In this document: positions 57,561-60,116 of the stretch, piece by piece
How the letters are laid out: each line of letters opens with the position of its first letter
Position numbering within the stretch: the first letter of the stretch is position 1
Assembly (NCBI GenBank): GCA_032718475.1
Contig: JAUCBJ010008849.1
Coordinates: 1 to 60,116, forward strand
Source of the DNA: Nemertoderma westbladi
Lineage: Eukaryota > Animalia > Xenacoelomorpha
DNA length: 60,116 nt
Reading direction: 5' to 3'
Translations under genes and position numbers: made by a program
The notes under the pieces: model-generated
Databases searched by the model: none
Told to the model about the DNA's origin: nothing
What the model saw: only the letters and a program-made list of their open reading frames with translations

Positions 57561-59934
57561 GCTTAATTGATTAATAAGCATACCTACTGTAGAAACATGG
57601 ATCGGATTCATATCAATGGGCGTAACCCCATAATTAATGTAATAAGCAATACGGGACGACGAGGCCGTATGAATCGCCGCGGACGCCGAGGACGTCAATA
57701 CAACCCTTATGTTGTACTCTCAGACATCCGTGACGCTGTTGTACCCGACCCTGCTAGTCATTCCACTATTCCGCCTAGCCATTCCACCATTCAACCTAGC
57801 CATTCCACCATTCAACCTAGCCATTCCACCACTCCACCTAGTCATTCCACCATTCCAGCCACTGACGGCGCCATCAAAGAAGTTGGACGACGCCAAGGAG
57901 AACAAGAAACTCAAAACGCAGACATGGAAAAACAAAAACCGAGTGGGCCAAACAGCGCAGTACAATTTGATGTTCGAATGTTGACAGAGTTTTGGGAGAA
58001 GGAAGGCACCTAATGCGAACTGCGAAATCATAAATCAGGGGTCTCATAGTAGTTTTCGAGTACTTTTGAAAAAACCGAAAAACATTATCTTTTATGAACA
58101 GGAAGCTGATCTCGAGAACCGGTTGTCCGATTGAGCCAATTTTTTTTAAATCGACTCAGGGCGGTGCTCTGAACGTATCTTACAGTAATTGTTTAATCCC
58201 AAAGCTTAGTTATAATTTTACAATCGCAATCATTCTACAATCTTTGCGCAATCATGATCTTCTGTTTAGATCAGGAAGACTTCAATTTTCCTTTTCAAAA
58301 AAGTTGCGACTCCCACTAAATTGATGATTGCTTATTGTTCGTTTTCGCTTAGTTGCTGAGATCTTCTCTGCACTGGACTGCATTTTTCCAAGATACTATA
58401 ATTCCCTTTTCGAGAGACTAGGTTCCATGGCCAGCCACGGTTTCGGTGTTCTTCGAACAAAGAACCTAATCGGTTGGGGCCCATAACTTCTAGTAATGTA
58501 TGAGCAATTGGGCATGGGTAGTAGATACTGTAAAGTTATATTCAAAATTCCCGCTGCATTTTACAACTTCCAATAATAATTGTTTATTTACATAAATTTA
58601 TGGTCGACCATAAATTAATAAATGGTCGACCATAAATAATTATTTAATTTTTTTTAACTGGCACAATTCCACCACCATACATTTCTCTACTTTCAATTAA
58701 AAGATAAAGCGCATTGTAGCCCATGGAGCCGTTCATGCATAAAATCAACTTTCTAAAATGCACTAGATCTATATTATATATCTCACTTGACTGTTGAAAT
58801 CAGGCATTTCCAGCATTCGCAAAATGACAATAGTTAAAATATGTGTGATCAGGAACTAAAACTGCTTTATATAGAAGCTATTTCAAAATATTATGATTTA
58901 TTTATATAGTTCATTTAGCCCCAGAATGCTAGCGTACCAGTATGTTTCGATATAGTTGTCAGTTGAAGGTTGAATCTCAAAATTACTTTTTCACCAGTGC
59001 CTATTATATGCGGCTACATGTAGCCTGATGGTTACTGTGGGTGGTCATTGGGTGATTATTGCTTTACTAGTTTGAACGACATGAGTGGTTGGCTCAGCTC
59101 CCGACGGATGTTATTGATTGATGTTAGAATTAGTTTTCTTAATACTTAAGGGTGTACAGACGGCTGTTTGGGTCCAGGTTTTGGTCTAGGGAGTCAGGCA
59201 GACGAAAAGTCAATATAATTTCTTTGTTCTGATTTAATGTTACAATGGGCTGCTTATATCACGCCATCTCCTTTCCCTCGGGCTATATTGGATTTTGGGC
59301 TTGCTGTAAGTGAGCCTGGTGTTTGTTCTGGCCAATATTGGTAAATTGGCCCCCATCCAACTTTGTAATGGGAGCGCATAGCAGATTAAACCCGCTAACA
59401 GTTTGGTAGTCTTACTGTATATTATATACCATATGCCCACTGCACTACTGAATTTCCTTCCTCGTTTTCCTTCTTGCCGTTTGTTTTAAATTGTAATTAA
59501 ACTTCTGCCATATTGGAGGTTCAATTGCAGTATTTTGTACTTCAAAATATTTCAATTTTAAGTAAGATGTAACCTAGAACCCGGCACTTTTGGCAATATA
59601 TATATATATATTTCTTATTTTTTAATAACCCCAATAGATTCGTATTCATATATTATTCGTAATTTGTATGATTTACCCTAAACTTGCCATGAAGTATTTA
59701 TAACAAAAAATAATGATTTTTTATTTAATATTTTGATTATTTGTCATTTTACTGCTCATTGTGGCAATCCTTTTGTCAAACTGCTGTCTGGTATTTTCAT
59801 AGGCATGTATATTTAATACCATATAATTATTGTCCCACATTAATGAGTCTGGTCTTAATTGAGTGATTCCTATATTCTGTACAGTAGCTAGTTAATAATA
59901 TCTCCCATAATTAGCCGATAGTACCAAAGATAAC

Positions 59935-60101
59935 CTGGTAGAGAGGTTCTTCACCATCAGCAACGCATTCACAAATAGGACAACCGTCAGCGTTTTCCTT
60001 CCAACCAAACTTACAATCCACTTTGCATTCAGCAGCTACAAATGTTGAGTTGTCACAGTTATGATTCACAACTGCTTCCAGTTGGTGATGTAATTGATTT
60101 T
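59935..60101 (-). CDS. Antistasin-like exon, copy 3
   Basis: Same sequence as copy 2, intact AG/GT. Confidence 0.6.
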
Positions 60102-60116
60102 CTGCAGTGAAATAAA

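Larger units (their letters stand above)
49361..60116. repeat. ~4.32-kb tandem segmental duplication, about 2.5 copies (49361-53711, 53712-58031, 58032-end)
   Basis: AAATCAGGGGTCTCAT junctions; ORFs recur at +4320. Confidence 0.95.

Overview
AT-rich, repeat-dense animal (probably invertebrate) genomic DNA. One host gene can be reconstructed on the minus strand: a spliced astacin-family metalloprotease (exons 45368-45484, 44229-44411, 18750-18925, 14959-15169) preceded by an antistasin-like Cys-rich exon present three times in a ~4.32-kb tandem duplication. Its 25.3-kb intron holds the main feature, a recently inserted 20.8-kb BEL/Pao LTR retrotransposon (21664-42495, minus strand, 5-bp TSD CTATG, ~1.88-kb LTRs ~99.5% identical by eye). 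The element is atypical in several ways. Its termini are TA...TA, not TG...CA. It has no tRNA primer-binding site; instead the 11 nt next to the 5' LTR are perfectly complementary to an 11-mer inside the LTR (possible self-priming). Each LTR carries a tRNA-like Pol III unit. It has a 1.2-kb internal direct repeat and ten dispersed copies of a 17-bp motif. An extra ~1200-codon ORF in the env position encodes a DEDDy-like 3'-5' exonuclease plus CCHC knuckles. The rest is LINE and Gypsy debris, one LINE with an open ORF2, MITEs, minisatellites and a 145/146-bp higher-order satellite with CTCF-like motifs. All calls are by eye; no searches were run.
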